A stretch of DNA of 64,000 bases from Nitrospirales bacterium (GCA_963555755.3 OY820905.2:1888001-1952000), one strand, 5' to 3'. Numbered from the stretch's first letter, positions 29,843 to 39,680 are shown. Numbers and translations are program-made. Notes: a model not told the origin generated them from the sequence alone.

Positions 29843-30760
29843 TTAGGGTTTTTGAAGTTTGAGCGAGGGAACGATCTCCACACCCTCACCCAGCAATTCC
29901 AGTCCAAACCGTGGATTGTCACTGATTTCATGGACACTTCGGCGACCGGGTGGCGCGACATATTCAAAATTTTCCGAAAGAGTTCCATTGGCTGTCACAG
30001 TGACCGGTCGTTCAAGATATTGTTTCATTCCCGCATGCCAAACCTTTAACGTATATTGTCCGGGTGGCACATCAGAAATTTCAAACTGTCCATCTTCTTT
30101 GGTAATCGCATAGTAGGGGTTTTTGACCACCACACCCCAGGAGAACATATAGGGATGAAACCCACATTGCATCACAAAAAGATTTCGGCCTTTTCTCAGA
30201 TGAATCTTTTCAACCATAGGTTTTCCGGCCATATGTGTATGGCTATTCAACATTCCCAGCACCTTATGGAAGGGATTCATCGGCAATGGTCGATTAAACA
30301 ACACCCTCGCGCCACGTTCGCGAGCTGTTTCGTATCCTTGGATATCATGCTCAATGGGATCCATATTGATCACGGTCACTTCATCTCGGTCGCGTAACAC
30401 ACTCACGAAAGGAGAAAAGTCGCAATCAAATGCATCGATTCTGACTTTTGGCAAATCGAAGGATTTCCCTTTTTGAATACCGTCTAATATCACGACGGCA
30501 TCTTTGAGGCTCCCATTCTTGGCAATAATAAAATCTTCCACAATTCGCCAACCTGTGCCTGTGGATATTCTTCCACAATACACCGCATCCGGAATCGTGA
30601 CGAGATTGAAGGCCATCGGCCTTGGCTTGTTTCCCGTAATCGTCACCTGACCTCGAATGGTTCCTCCATTGGTGACAGACACTTCCTCGTATGAAAAACT
30701 TGGCAACGCGGACAGAAGAATCCCCACGCTTGCCACCAAAGCCAACATCCAACGCCTCAT
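29843..30760 (-). CDS. Exported cupredoxin-like/carboxypeptidase-regulatory-like domain protein
   Basis: Start ATG 30760 (MRRWML) with GGAGGA RBS; YCGRIS, DCDFSP, EHDIQ, CGFHPYM, VPPGQYTLKVWH. Confidence 0.82.
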   Translation of the reverse strand: MRRWMLALVASVGILLSALPSFSYEEVSVTNGGTIRGQVTITGNKPRPMAFNLVTIPDAVYCGRISTGTGWRIVEDFIIAKNGSLKDAVVILDGIQKGKSFDLPKVRIDAFDCDFSPFVSVLRDRDEVTVINMDPIEHDIQGYETARERGARVLFNRPLPMNPFHKVLGMLNSHTHMAGKPMVEKIHLRKGRNLFVMQCGFHPYMFSWGVVVKNPYYAITKEDGQFEISDVPPGQYTLKVWHAGMKQYLERPVTVTANGTLSENFEYVAPPGRRSVHEISDNPRFGLELLGEGVEIVPSLKLQKP

Positions 30761-30794
30761 GAAATCCTCCCTACACAATCGAATAAAGTGGCGC

Positions 30795-30986
30795 AAATCC
30801 AAAACTTGAATATCGAAACCCGAATGGAAAAATACAAAATCCGAATATCGAAATCCGAAACAAACCCCAAATCGAAAACTCGAATGTTTCAAACGGATCA
30901 TTCCAACTTATGCAGCTAATCGTTTTTTTATTTGCAATTCGGTCATTTGAATTTGTTTCGGATTTCGATATTCGGATTTCGAGTTT
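30795..30986. repeat. Family E inverted repeat, copy 3
   Basis: Shares aatgtttcaaacggatcatt and ggtcatttgaatttgtttcggatttcga blocks with copies 2 and 4. Confidence 0.85.
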
Positions 30987-31071
30987 AGGGGGCTACCATT
31001 GGAATTTTTTGAGTTATTCAACAAGCCCACTGTGCACCAAATGCCAAACGATGCCTACGGTTACTCTTCGG

Positions 31072-31109
31072 AAAAACAAAACGGGGAAGCCGAAGCTCGG
31101 CTTCCCCGT
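31072..31109 (-). terminator. Rho-independent terminator after the multicopper oxidase gene
   Basis: acggggaagccg-aagct-cggcttccccgt followed by a T-rich tail on the - strand. Confidence 0.8.
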
Positions 31110-31141
31110 CATTCTCACTCGATAACCTATCGAACCAATCG

Positions 31142-34100
31142 TTATTTAAACGAGATTGGTCGAACGCTACCTTCCGAAGACTGGGGCACCTGTGCTTCTT
31201 TCACTCCAGGAGCAGCCCCACTAAGCGGAAGAATTCTCTGATCGTTCTTTGAAAGAACCCGGAAATATCCCCATTGCCCAGATTGAGAATATGGCAAGCG
31301 AGCGTTGCTATACACATAATCCGCTACCATGGAATACGGACCACCGGCTGAGGGAATGAACACATCGATACCTTCTGAACCAGCAAATTCGACAACGCTA
31401 ATATGATCGGCTCCTCCCATGAACGGCTCAATCGGCCATTCATGTTTTTCTAGAGTAAACATACCATTCTGTTCATTGCTGGCACCAAACACATGGATCC
31501 GAACTGGATCACCGGCATGGGCCTCAATGAGTGGAGTCGCTGGGTCAGTCGGTTCGTCAACATTACACGGTTGGAACATCCGACCCAACGTACACCCTAA
31601 TTGTTCTTCACGATACAAGTAGGGTTCATTTCGATAATTCACCCCAATAAGACCGGCCACGTTTTGGACGTAAGGCATAAAGCTGGTCCCGATAATATTG
31701 TCCTCATCTTGGAAGAACAGCGCCACATCACGATAGTTGGCCCGATTCTCTTGGCCTGGGATCGTGCGATCAACAATGACATCGGCTATCCAGCTATTCT
31801 TCAAAGAAATATCAGCCCCAGTCTTGGGATCACGATATTGCGATCCCTTGGGACCAATGATAATACCACCAAATAACCCATTCCGCGGATTCATGGCGAC
31901 ATTCCCCCAATCCCACACCAGGGATTGAGTTTCCCCAGTATATGGATCCGCATAATAGGTATAAGTTCGGCTTTCCCCAGGCGCCACGGTTTGATCACCA
32001 GGATTATTCCCAAGATTCACGCCTTGTGAATCCTTCGGATCGAACGCCAGAGAAAATGCAGAAAACGAAGCCCGGCTTTCCTTCATCTTATTGGTGAGTT
32101 TCACTTTTAGACAATCACCAAGATTCGCTCGAATAGTCAATGGCATGGGCTGGAACTCTCCAGACACCTTCGCCACTTCTTCTTCGAGAATATAGATCTT
32201 GGCATCAGGATTCCGAACTTCAATTTTGCGCTCAAAGTCCACTTCAATGGCTTCCTCCACGTTTGGATTGAAGACCATCTGTGGGAAGTCAATTGCCACA
32301 ACATTGAAGTTCTTGACAGGAGCATCTGCCGGACAAAGGGGCAATGGTTTTTTCATTCCAGGAGCCCCAAAAGCCGCATTCGGCAAAGGCTTCAAATCAG
32401 GGACTTCTTTATCCAACACCCTGATTATCCCCCATGACCCTTCGGAGAACTTCGAATTTCGACCATTGAAGTACATGTAATCACCAGGTTGGAGTCTCGG
32501 TCCACCAGCTTGGGGAACAACAAGGTCATATCGTTCGGCGATACCAATGTGGATAGAATTCTTACGATTGGCATCTCCAGCATACCGTTCGGTCAAGAAA
32601 TTATGACCAGAAATGGTAAAGACATTACTCTCATTCATGGTGACGTCAATAAGCCTAAACACAATAGCATCACCCAGGTACGCACGCAGCATAGACGTGC
32701 TCGGATCCCCATGAATCGTGCTACTGAAAATCTGCGAGGTGTCGGGGTTATTCGCCAACCGTTGCGCAAAAGGTTCGGCCCGGAAATTCAGGGCACCGCC
32801 TGTGGTATGCGTTCCTCCGTTCAGGAAAGGCATTGGCGTCATTTTAATCAACTCGTTGGCTGGCATTTGGAATGACACGGTTCGTCCAGCTTCCAAGGCC
32901 ACATCAATTGGCTGACCAGGAGGGTTCCCCGCCGTGACTACGTTAACTGTGTGAGGAACGGTGTCCATGATTTGAACCATCAATTCACGGAAGCTTCCGC
33001 TCACGCCATACCCAACTGGTTCAATCGTGTGGATATCCATCACTGGACCAGTTCGCTTGGCTTCACCAGTGATTGGATCATGCCAGGTCGAACCAAATGG
33101 CTCAATCAAGAAGGAACACACCGCACCATGCGGCCACGTCGTTCCGCCAAACGCATGATCATGACAGAACACGGAACCGACATCTGCATCCACCCAGAAT
33201 CGTTGACGGACAAATTCCACGGTCACAATATCGCCAACCGGATGGTCATGTTTCAATGGATACTTAAACATGAGGGTACCTGGGCCACCAATGGCCGGCA
33301 TGGGTTCCCCATGGCCACTGCCACCAGAGCCTGGAATTTGCAGCTTTTGTCCAACATAAATCAGATTGGCATCAGACAATCCATTGATAGATTGTAATGC
33401 CTCAACGGTAATCCCATGGGCACCAGCGATTTCTCCCAGAGTATCACCTGGTCTGACGACATAATCTCCGCCTGCGGAAGAGGACGCAGAAGCTGCCCCA
33501 CCCGAATCGCCACCACCATCGATGGCCACGATACGCTTCACTTCGTTACCTTCAACATTGTCCGCACCAACCAAGAGAACGGTTCCGACATGGTATTGTC
33601 CGGAATTCGTCACATGAATGGTTCGGTCGCCTTTCCTGGCAGGTTTCGTCAGCTTCGCATTCATTGGAATCGGCAACCCTTTGTCAGACTTCTTGTCGAA
33701 CTGAGTGAAGGGCCGCATGGATTGATCATACGAAAAACCGGTAATCACACCATCCGACGCCTGATTGTCGAATTGGACAAAATGAAAGTGCGTATTGATT
33801 TTTGAAGATTGGAAATTCGTAATATCATCGTCGAGCCATTCGCTCGTTAAAATCCAATCCATGCAATCATAAATATTGGAACGAAACACCAACGGCACTT
33901 TCAAATCATTATTGTTTCGAATGGCTTCTTCTTCATCATGAACCACATACAACAACCCATTAGGATCAACAATGGGTGGTTGATCACCTTGGGCTGCCGA
34001 CAATTCAATCGGAAGCTTGATGAAGTGGATATTATACTTTTGAGACCCTGCCCGATCCGGACACAGGCTCCAACGCCCATTCTCACCTGGCTTGGCTGGC

Positions 34101-36301
34101 TCGACTGAGGGCTGCCCGTCTGGGTCGTTATGAATCATTTCCAGCCACGGAGCAGGATTCCGATCAGGCGAAAATGGTACTCGTTTTCCAAAATGAGGAG
34201 TCAACCAGGGCCACGCCACTTTTCCAGTCGTCGGCTCAAACCAGATGTCGCGTCGCTTTCCTGCTTCATAACCCTGCCACTCAGGCTGGTACTTGGGATT
34301 CACGGTCGTGCTTTCTTTTTCACTGATCGCACGATTTCCTTCCCATACCCAATCAATCACGGTGGCATCATAAGACTTCAACTGGCCAATTTCATCCTCC
34401 GTATGACCGGGAAGACCGCGTGTTGGTAACTGCATTTCTACCCAGTCATAGATATTGACAGTGGCTGGATTCGTATCCCAAATTGACTTTGTTCCTTTTT
34501 CAACGATGTTGAATTTTTTTCCAAACCAATCAACAGTCGTCCCCACGAGTTGATCTGACGTGACTGGTTTTTGGATACGTCCCACACGGTTTGGCAATTC
34601 ACGAAGAGGAGCCATAACATCGTTCTGAACTCCAGGAACTTGGAGCGTGTTGTACACCCGCCAGTATCCCCACATCCCGGCGACATAATGGTGCGCGACA
34701 TGACAATGGAAGAGGAAGTCTCCAGCTAACCATTGGCAGAGACCTGATCCACATTCAGTCTCCAAATCCACCGCCTCGGAAGGCCCAATCACTTCCACAT
34801 CAACTCGATCAGATTTGGCACGAATGAGCGGATATTTGACCGGACCATTCTGGCCCTTATGCCACATCGGCATTTGGTCAACCGCTCGCGGGCTTCTCGC
34901 CCAACGAATAGTTCCCCCATGAGGATGGTGAGAATGAAAGACTTCCGATCCACCATGGACGAGACGGAACTTCGCTGGATCACCTAAATAACTTCGTGGA
35001 ATCGTGGGGGCCGCATCACCAAAGGTATATGAACTATAGGCCATGGATTCATCTTCGAATCCAAAGTATTCGTGCTGCACGTGCATGTTATTGATGCCAA
35101 ACGGTTCGCTTCGATAGTTGATCGCCCTTGCGCCAGGCCGGTAGGCATCCGTCAAAGGATCACGTTGTGGGAGGAAGTCTCCATGTTTATTCACCGGCCG
35201 GAAAGCTTCATCGCCAACCTCATGGTAAATCAACACGAATTCACGGAAATCCGGGCCCGTCCCATTTTGAATAATCGCCTGCCAGCCACTGGGCATGTCC
35301 GTTGCTGGACCGGTTCCAAGAGGATCCAGATATTTTGAACCAGCGGGTTCAACCACAAACACTCCAAACAATCCCATGACCGTCAACTCACGATCATTAC
35401 TATAGCTGTGAAATTGTCGTCCACCTTCTTGGGTATCAGGATGGATGTACCATTCCATATACAATGGCGTGGTTTCACAATTCTCTTCACAGTCCTCGTC
35501 AATACCATAGGCAATAGCATCAGGGTTCGTAGTAGTCGCAGGCTGGCCAGTTTTGCTTACCACCATGCTGGACCCGTTGATATGAAGACTCACATCTTCG
35601 CCGAATTCCAATGTATTACGAAGAGTGATTTTGAGGCAATCCCCTTGGTTGGCCCGAATCACCAGCGGTTGAATGTATTGACCTTGAATCCCGTTCTTCA
35701 CACCACCGGGATTATGATATCCCTCTTCTTCACGAGCTTCAGCATTCTTGGCTTCTTCCTCGCGAACGTTGTCGATATTTTCGGCAAGCACAAACATATA
35801 GCCGGGGTAGTAATCCAGCCATTGATTTAATGTGATTTCTACATTGATGGCGGAGATGTCATAATATTTCACTGGAGCGGTCGCCGGACATTTTCCACCA
35901 CTATTCATTGAAACCGGTTCAATATCTGGGTCGGAATTCAATAAGTAGTTCCCTTTTCCTGCGCCATATTGGTGCATCATGGACATGGAATTGAACCCAC
36001 CCGAGTTGGAGTCAGACATTTCTTTTTCCATCTGCTGCATCATGCGTTCATGTTGCAGTTCCACAAGGGCGGACCGTTCGGCCCGACCTTCTTTGGCATT
36101 TTCGACAATCGTCTGGCCTTTCAGGCGCTCGGCCCATCCAGGGGTTTGATGATTCATCCCTGTCTTGTGAACGAAAGTCGAAGATTCAGGCGCTTCGGCT
36201 ACAGCATTGGAAAGCGGAAACAACAGGAACGTCAGGGCAAGTATGCTTCCCCAGCCTAGTAACACACATTCCTTCATGGATACATGATTGAAGTAAAACA
36301 T
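31142..36301 (-). CDS. Large exported multicopper oxidase (MnxG-like architecture) with an inserted LysM domain
   Basis: Cu motifs HSHHPHG, FHCHVAHHYVAGMWG, HFHF, CHDH; Met/His-rich N-terminus; LysM-like DYVVRPGDTLGEIAGAHGITVEALQSINGLSDANLIYVGQKLQIP at ~33332-33466. Confidence 0.88.
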   Translation of the reverse strand: MFYFNHVSMKECVLLGWGSILALTFLLFPLSNAVAEAPESSTFVHKTGMNHQTPGWAERLKGQTIVENAKEGRAERSALVELQHERMMQQMEKEMSDSNSGGFNSMSMMHQYGAGKGNYLLNSDPDIEPVSMNSGGKCPATAPVKYYDISAINVEITLNQWLDYYPGYMFVLAENIDNVREEEAKNAEAREEEGYHNPGGVKNGIQGQYIQPLVIRANQGDCLKITLRNTLEFGEDVSLHINGSSMVVSKTGQPATTTNPDAIAYGIDEDCEENCETTPLYMEWYIHPDTQEGGRQFHSYSNDRELTVMGLFGVFVVEPAGSKYLDPLGTGPATDMPSGWQAIIQNGTGPDFREFVLIYHEVGDEAFRPVNKHGDFLPQRDPLTDAYRPGARAINYRSEPFGINNMHVQHEYFGFEDESMAYSSYTFGDAAPTIPRSYLGDPAKFRLVHGGSEVFHSHHPHGGTIRWARSPRAVDQMPMWHKGQNGPVKYPLIRAKSDRVDVEVIGPSEAVDLETECGSGLCQWLAGDFLFHCHVAHHYVAGMWGYWRVYNTLQVPGVQNDVMAPLRELPNRVGRIQKPVTSDQLVGTTVDWFGKKFNIVEKGTKSIWDTNPATVNIYDWVEMQLPTRGLPGHTEDEIGQLKSYDATVIDWVWEGNRAISEKESTTVNPKYQPEWQGYEAGKRRDIWFEPTTGKVAWPWLTPHFGKRVPFSPDRNPAPWLEMIHNDPDGQPSVEPAKPGENGRWSLCPDRAGSQKYNIHFIKLPIELSAAQGDQPPIVDPNGLLYVVHDEEEAIRNNNDLKVPLVFRSNIYDCMDWILTSEWLDDDITNFQSSKINTHFHFVQFDNQASDGVITGFSYDQSMRPFTQFDKKSDKGLPIPMNAKLTKPARKGDRTIHVTNSGQYHVGTVLLVGADNVEGNEVKRIVAIDGGGDSGGAASASSSAGGDYVVRPGDTLGEIAGAHGITVEALQSINGLSDANLIYVGQKLQIPGSGGSGHGEPMPAIGGPGTLMFKYPLKHDHPVGDIVTVEFVRQRFWVDADVGSVFCHDHAFGGTTWPHGAVCSFLIEPFGSTWHDPITGEAKRTGPVMDIHTIEPVGYGVSGSFRELMVQIMDTVPHTVNVVTAGNPPGQPIDVALEAGRTVSFQMPANELIKMTPMPFLNGGTHTTGGALNFRAEPFAQRLANNPDTSQIFSSTIHGDPSTSMLRAYLGDAIVFRLIDVTMNESNVFTISGHNFLTERYAGDANRKNSIHIGIAERYDLVVPQAGGPRLQPGDYMYFNGRNSKFSEGSWGIIRVLDKEVPDLKPLPNAAFGAPGMKKPLPLCPADAPVKNFNVVAIDFPQMVFNPNVEEAIEVDFERKIEVRNPDAKIYILEEEVAKVSGEFQPMPLTIRANLGDCLKVKLTNKMKESRASFSAFSLAFDPKDSQGVNLGNNPGDQTVAPGESRTYTYYADPYTGETQSLVWDWGNVAMNPRNGLFGGIIIGPKGSQYRDPKTGADISLKNSWIADVIVDRTIPGQENRANYRDVALFFQDEDNIIGTSFMPYVQNVAGLIGVNYRNEPYLYREEQLGCTLGRMFQPCNVDEPTDPATPLIEAHAGDPVRIHVFGASNEQNGMFTLEKHEWPIEPFMGGADHISVVEFAGSEGIDVFIPSAGGPYSMVADYVYSNARLPYSQSGQWGYFRVLSKNDQRILPLSGAAPGVKEAQVPQSSEGSVRPISFK

Positions 36302-36526
36302 GGCCCGGCCTCCTTACAGATAAACAATTATGCCACTTAAGAAGTTTTTGGTAGAGTAGTTAAGTTTACGTAGTTATACCTCACGCACAATAGGCGAGAG
36401 GGAAAAATTACTGAAATTGACCGGGGGGTGTCAAGCGTTTTAAAGGCCTATCAAGCGTTTTAAGGACCTATAAAGACGGTTTAACGAAATACTTTGAACA
36501 AGGGACAGGATTTGTGGATTTTTTCC

Positions 36527-37390
36527 TCACACTTCACCCTTTGGGCGCTTCCCCTGGATAAGGGCTTGCAATTTCTCCCTCATCTGTTTGGTCACCTCGC
36601 CAGGGGTCCCATTTCCAACAGAAGCCCCATTGAGCTTGGTGATTGGCAGCACCTCAATGGTTGTGCCGATAAGAAACAGCTCCTCGGCTTGCTTCAACTC
36701 TTCCTCCTTAACCGGTCTTTCTTCAACGACTTTTCCATCGTTCCTTGCCAACTCAAGAACCGCTTGCCTCGTGACCCCTGCCAACAGTTGGTCACTCAAA
36801 ACAGGGGTGAGCAATTTCCCGTCTTTGACCAGGATCACATTACTCGAGGTTCCTTCCGTTACCATTCCATCCTTGATTAAAAGAGCCTCAAACGCACCTG
36901 CCTCATTCGCTTGCTGTTTGGCTAAGATATTCGGGAGTAAATTCAGACTTTTAATCGAACACCGAGCCCACCGCAAGTCAGGAAGAGTGATCACAGAAAC
37001 TCCCTGTTGGTTCAGTTGGGTTGGAAGATCCGCCATCTCCCGGAAGGTCATCACGATGGTAGGACGAGTTGTCTCTGGAAACAGATGTTCTCTCGGGGCC
37101 ACCCCTCGAGTCACTTGAATATACACCTTGCACGCCGAATAGGTGCTTCGCTCAAGACCTTCACGAATGAATGCCTTCCATTCCTTGGTTTCGATGGTAA
37201 GGGGGATGGAAATAGCCTGGGCACTTTGGTCTAGACGGGAAAGATGCTCATCAAGTCGGAAGGGTCTTCCGCCATACACGCGGATGACTTCATACACGCC
37301 ATCGCCGAACTGAAATCCCCGGTCCTCAATCGAAACCGTAGCTTCTTCAAGAGGAAGAAACTTCCCGTTCAGCCATGCAATATTGGGCAT
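36527..37390 (-). CDS. dat: D-amino-acid transaminase (PLP class IV)
   Basis: EDRGFQFGDGVYEV, YIQVTRG, IKSLNLL (PLP Lys), TEGTSSN, LAGVTR. Confidence 0.85.
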   Translation of the reverse strand: MPNIAWLNGKFLPLEEATVSIEDRGFQFGDGVYEVIRVYGGRPFRLDEHLSRLDQSAQAISIPLTIETKEWKAFIREGLERSTYSACKVYIQVTRGVAPREHLFPETTRPTIVMTFREMADLPTQLNQQGVSVITLPDLRWARCSIKSLNLLPNILAKQQANEAGAFEALLIKDGMVTEGTSSNVILVKDGKLLTPVLSDQLLAGVTRQAVLELARNDGKVVEERPVKEEELKQAEELFLIGTTIEVLPITKLNGASVGNGTPGEVTKQMREKLQALIQGKRPKGEV

Positions 37391-37432
37391 TTTGAGTTGT
37401 TCAACATCCCGTTAGCGTAGAGTTTCACTTTG

Positions 37433-37502
37433 TGTCATTTCGACCAACGGGAGAAATCCTCCCTCGATCGTGGGAGGATTTCTCCCGTTGGTCGAAATGA
37501 CA
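37433..37502. repeat. REP-like perfect palindrome (31-bp stem)
   Basis: tgtcatttcgaccaacgggagaaatcctccc-tcgatcgt-gggaggatttctcccgttggtcgaaatgaca; solo half at ~61477. Confidence 0.9.
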
Positions 37503-37535
37503 AGGGGCCTAGGTTGATCCAATGGGTAAACGTAT

Positions 37536-37865
37536 TTATCGAACACTCCCCTCGCTCTCACCCTCTTTCACATCCACGAGGAACACGCGGCGTGCTTCCG
37601 CCGTAAATTTCCATGCCATCCGTTTTTGAAATTCCAGACGGTGGGTGCCACTTTGAAGTGCTTCAAACTCAAACTGCCGATTACCCGAATCAACGGCATT
37701 ATTACTGGTGGTTCGCAGAAAATCGTCTCCGGTCAGGGCGAATACGGAAGAATCGTACGAGGGCACCCATTGTTCTCCCCGTGTTCGGTCTTCCCATAAC
37801 GTAATTGTAAAAGACACCCCTTTTTGGGCCACGACCGACTTCAGATCAGATTCCTCTTCACCCAT
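37536..37865 (-). CDS. Chagasin/I42 protease-inhibitor-like protein
   Basis: FTITLWEDRTRGEQW ... SGNRQFEFEALQSGTHRLEF ... MAW pattern. Confidence 0.7.
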   Translation of the reverse strand: MGEEESDLKSVVAQKGVSFTITLWEDRTRGEQWVPSYDSSVFALTGDDFLRTTSNNAVDSGNRQFEFEALQSGTHRLEFQKRMAWKFTAEARRVFLVDVKEGESEGSVR

Positions 37866-37951
37866 TCGCTACTCCAATCGTTTCCGACGTTGGATAATAA
37901 TTTCCGTGACGGTAAGTATTTTCGCTCAGTGTCTCTGATTTTTCGTCACGA

Positions 37952-38059
37952 CTCAGGTATTGAGGTTGAAGACTAAAAACTGAAGGCTATCACTCATAAT
38001 GCCTGACGTTTTGTATGATCACCCCCTAAAAGCCTTCGGCCTTCAGTCTATCCACCTGA
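37952..38059. repeat. CTCAGG...CCTGAG-bounded heptamer inverted repeat
   Basis: ctcaggtattgaggttgaagactaaaaactgaagg ... ccttcggccttcagtctatccacctgag; same architecture at 38441, 44983 and 45212. Confidence 0.6.
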
Positions 38060-38085
38060 GAAGTTCTGATTTTTCTCAAATAATA

Positions 38086-38421
38086 TCAAAGATCTCGGCA
38101 CTTCGAACTGACATAAATCTCGTCGTCATTCACCTGGATATCATAGCTAGCCACACAATACCCCCCACCATCCGTCCCGAACCCACTTCGTACGTCAAAC
38201 TTCTGATGATGCCACGGACATCCGACCACATAGCCTTTGAGTTTACCTTTGACCAACGGGCCGCCTTTATGTGGGCAGATATTATTGATTGCAAAAAACT
38301 TTCCGGACACATTGAACAACGCGATACTTTTTCCGTTCACCTTCACCATTCGAGAAGTGCCAGAAGGAATATCTTCTACTCGTCCAACTGCAACAAATTG
38401 GTCTAACGATTTTGCATTCAT
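38086..38421 (-). CDS. Rieske [2Fe-2S] ferredoxin (NirD/oxygenase-ferredoxin-like)
   Basis: ICPHKGGPL ... GCPWH Rieske ligands. Confidence 0.9.
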   Translation of the reverse strand: MNAKSLDQFVAVGRVEDIPSGTSRMVKVNGKSIALFNVSGKFFAINNICPHKGGPLVKGKLKGYVVGCPWHHQKFDVRSGFGTDGGGYCVASYDIQVNDDEIYVSSKCRDL

Positions 38422-38520
38422 GGAAATGCCAACGTAACTACTCAGGTTCAAGATTCATGGGTTCACGGTTTAGGATTCGCGCAAAATTATGTTGAACGGA
38501 TTTGTGGTTTTTTTCGTGCC

Positions 38521-38710
38521 TGAAACTCGAATCTCGAAATTCGAAACAAATCCGAAATACGAAACTCGAATGTTTCAAACGAATCATTCGGAGCGGACGA
38601 ATTCGTACGTTTGATCCTCAAGGTTGAACGGCCTGTCTCCCAGTGTTTTGGTGTTTCGCAATTTGGTCATTTGGATTTGTTTCGGATTTCGAGATTCGAG
38701 TTTCGGATTT
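38521..38710. repeat. Family E inverted repeat, copy 4
   Basis: gaaactcgaatctcgaaattcgaaacaaatcc ... ggatttgtttcggatttcgagattcgagtttcggattt. Confidence 0.85.
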
Positions 38711-38799
38711 ATCAACTTGTTTCTTAGTTTCTGCACAAAACCTTAGGGGAGACAGGCCAAAACGGTCAGAGACCAACCCGACCTGAATACTCTACTCCA

Positions 38800-39294
38800 T
38801 TACATTCGTAAGGCAAAGATTAATTCCGACCCAACCGCGGCCTCAGCTTTTTGAATGAACCCCATATTCGTTTCAATGACATATCGAGCATTCTCCGGGG
38901 GAGGACCATGCCACGGGCATGGATCTTCTACGCAAGGCATAGCGGCTTCTTTGACATGAACGATCTGTTTACTTTCATCGACCCAAATCAAATCCACCGG
39001 GAACTTAAACCCTTTCGTCCAAACTTTATGAAGCCCTGACTTATCAAACAAAAAAATCATGCCCCCATCTTCGGGAAGGCCCTCGCGAAAAGCCAAGCCA
39101 AATAATAATTTTTCTGGGGTATCGGCCACCTCTGCCTGAAGTTTGGCTCCCGATGGAAACCGGACCTCGATAATTTCCGTTTGTTTGGGAGCATTAAACA
39201 TCATGGCCCCTGAAATCAACAGCAAGGCCATCAGCACAAGAAAAATAACCCGCTTTTTACTGGGGGGAGGCTTAGGTTTTGTACGCGTCCGCAT
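38800..39294 (-). CDS. DUF192 domain protein
   Basis: AEVADTPE..GLAFR..GMIFLF..FPVDLIW..YVIETNMG. Confidence 0.88.
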   Translation of the reverse strand: MRTRTKPKPPPSKKRVIFLVLMALLLISGAMMFNAPKQTEIIEVRFPSGAKLQAEVADTPEKLLFGLAFREGLPEDGGMIFLFDKSGLHKVWTKGFKFPVDLIWVDESKQIVHVKEAAMPCVEDPCPWHGPPPENARYVIETNMGFIQKAEAAVGSELIFALRM

Positions 39295-39401
39295 AAATGG
39301 TGCAGATCCCGGCAGTAGAAAAAATGTGTATGGGAAAGTCTAAAACGGATTTATTTCAGAATTAATCAAAGGAGATCAATCCTTCACTGGCAAACTTTTA
39401 A

Positions 39402-39542
39402 GGCCACCTCTAAAAACCGTCCTTTTCCGTGATGGCGGCGTCAGCCGCGTGCTCACATCCTCATGTATTCGCCCATACACTCCGGTTTTCCGCGCGCGGC
39501 TTCCTTGCCCTCACAAAACATGCCTGGTTTTTAGAGGTGCCC
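39402..39542. mobile_element. MITE-like family D flanked by TTAA
   Basis: ttaa|ggccacctctaaaaacc ... ggtttttagaggtgccc|ttaa. Confidence 0.82.
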
Positions 39543-39680
39543 TTAAGTTGTTTCTCCACCCTCTTTTCCTAAATTTCCTTCATTTATGGTAAGATAAAGA
39601 CTCAAAAACCTCGAGAGAGTGGCCGATAAACATCTTTAGGTGTCAAAACATAGCCCTCATTGATGAGAGGAGGCTCAACC

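Noticed and set aside
30761..30901. N-terminal extension of ORF 29843-30901, and ORFs 3164-3346 and 29618-30049
   Set aside because: Translations of the TCGAAAT-type repeats.
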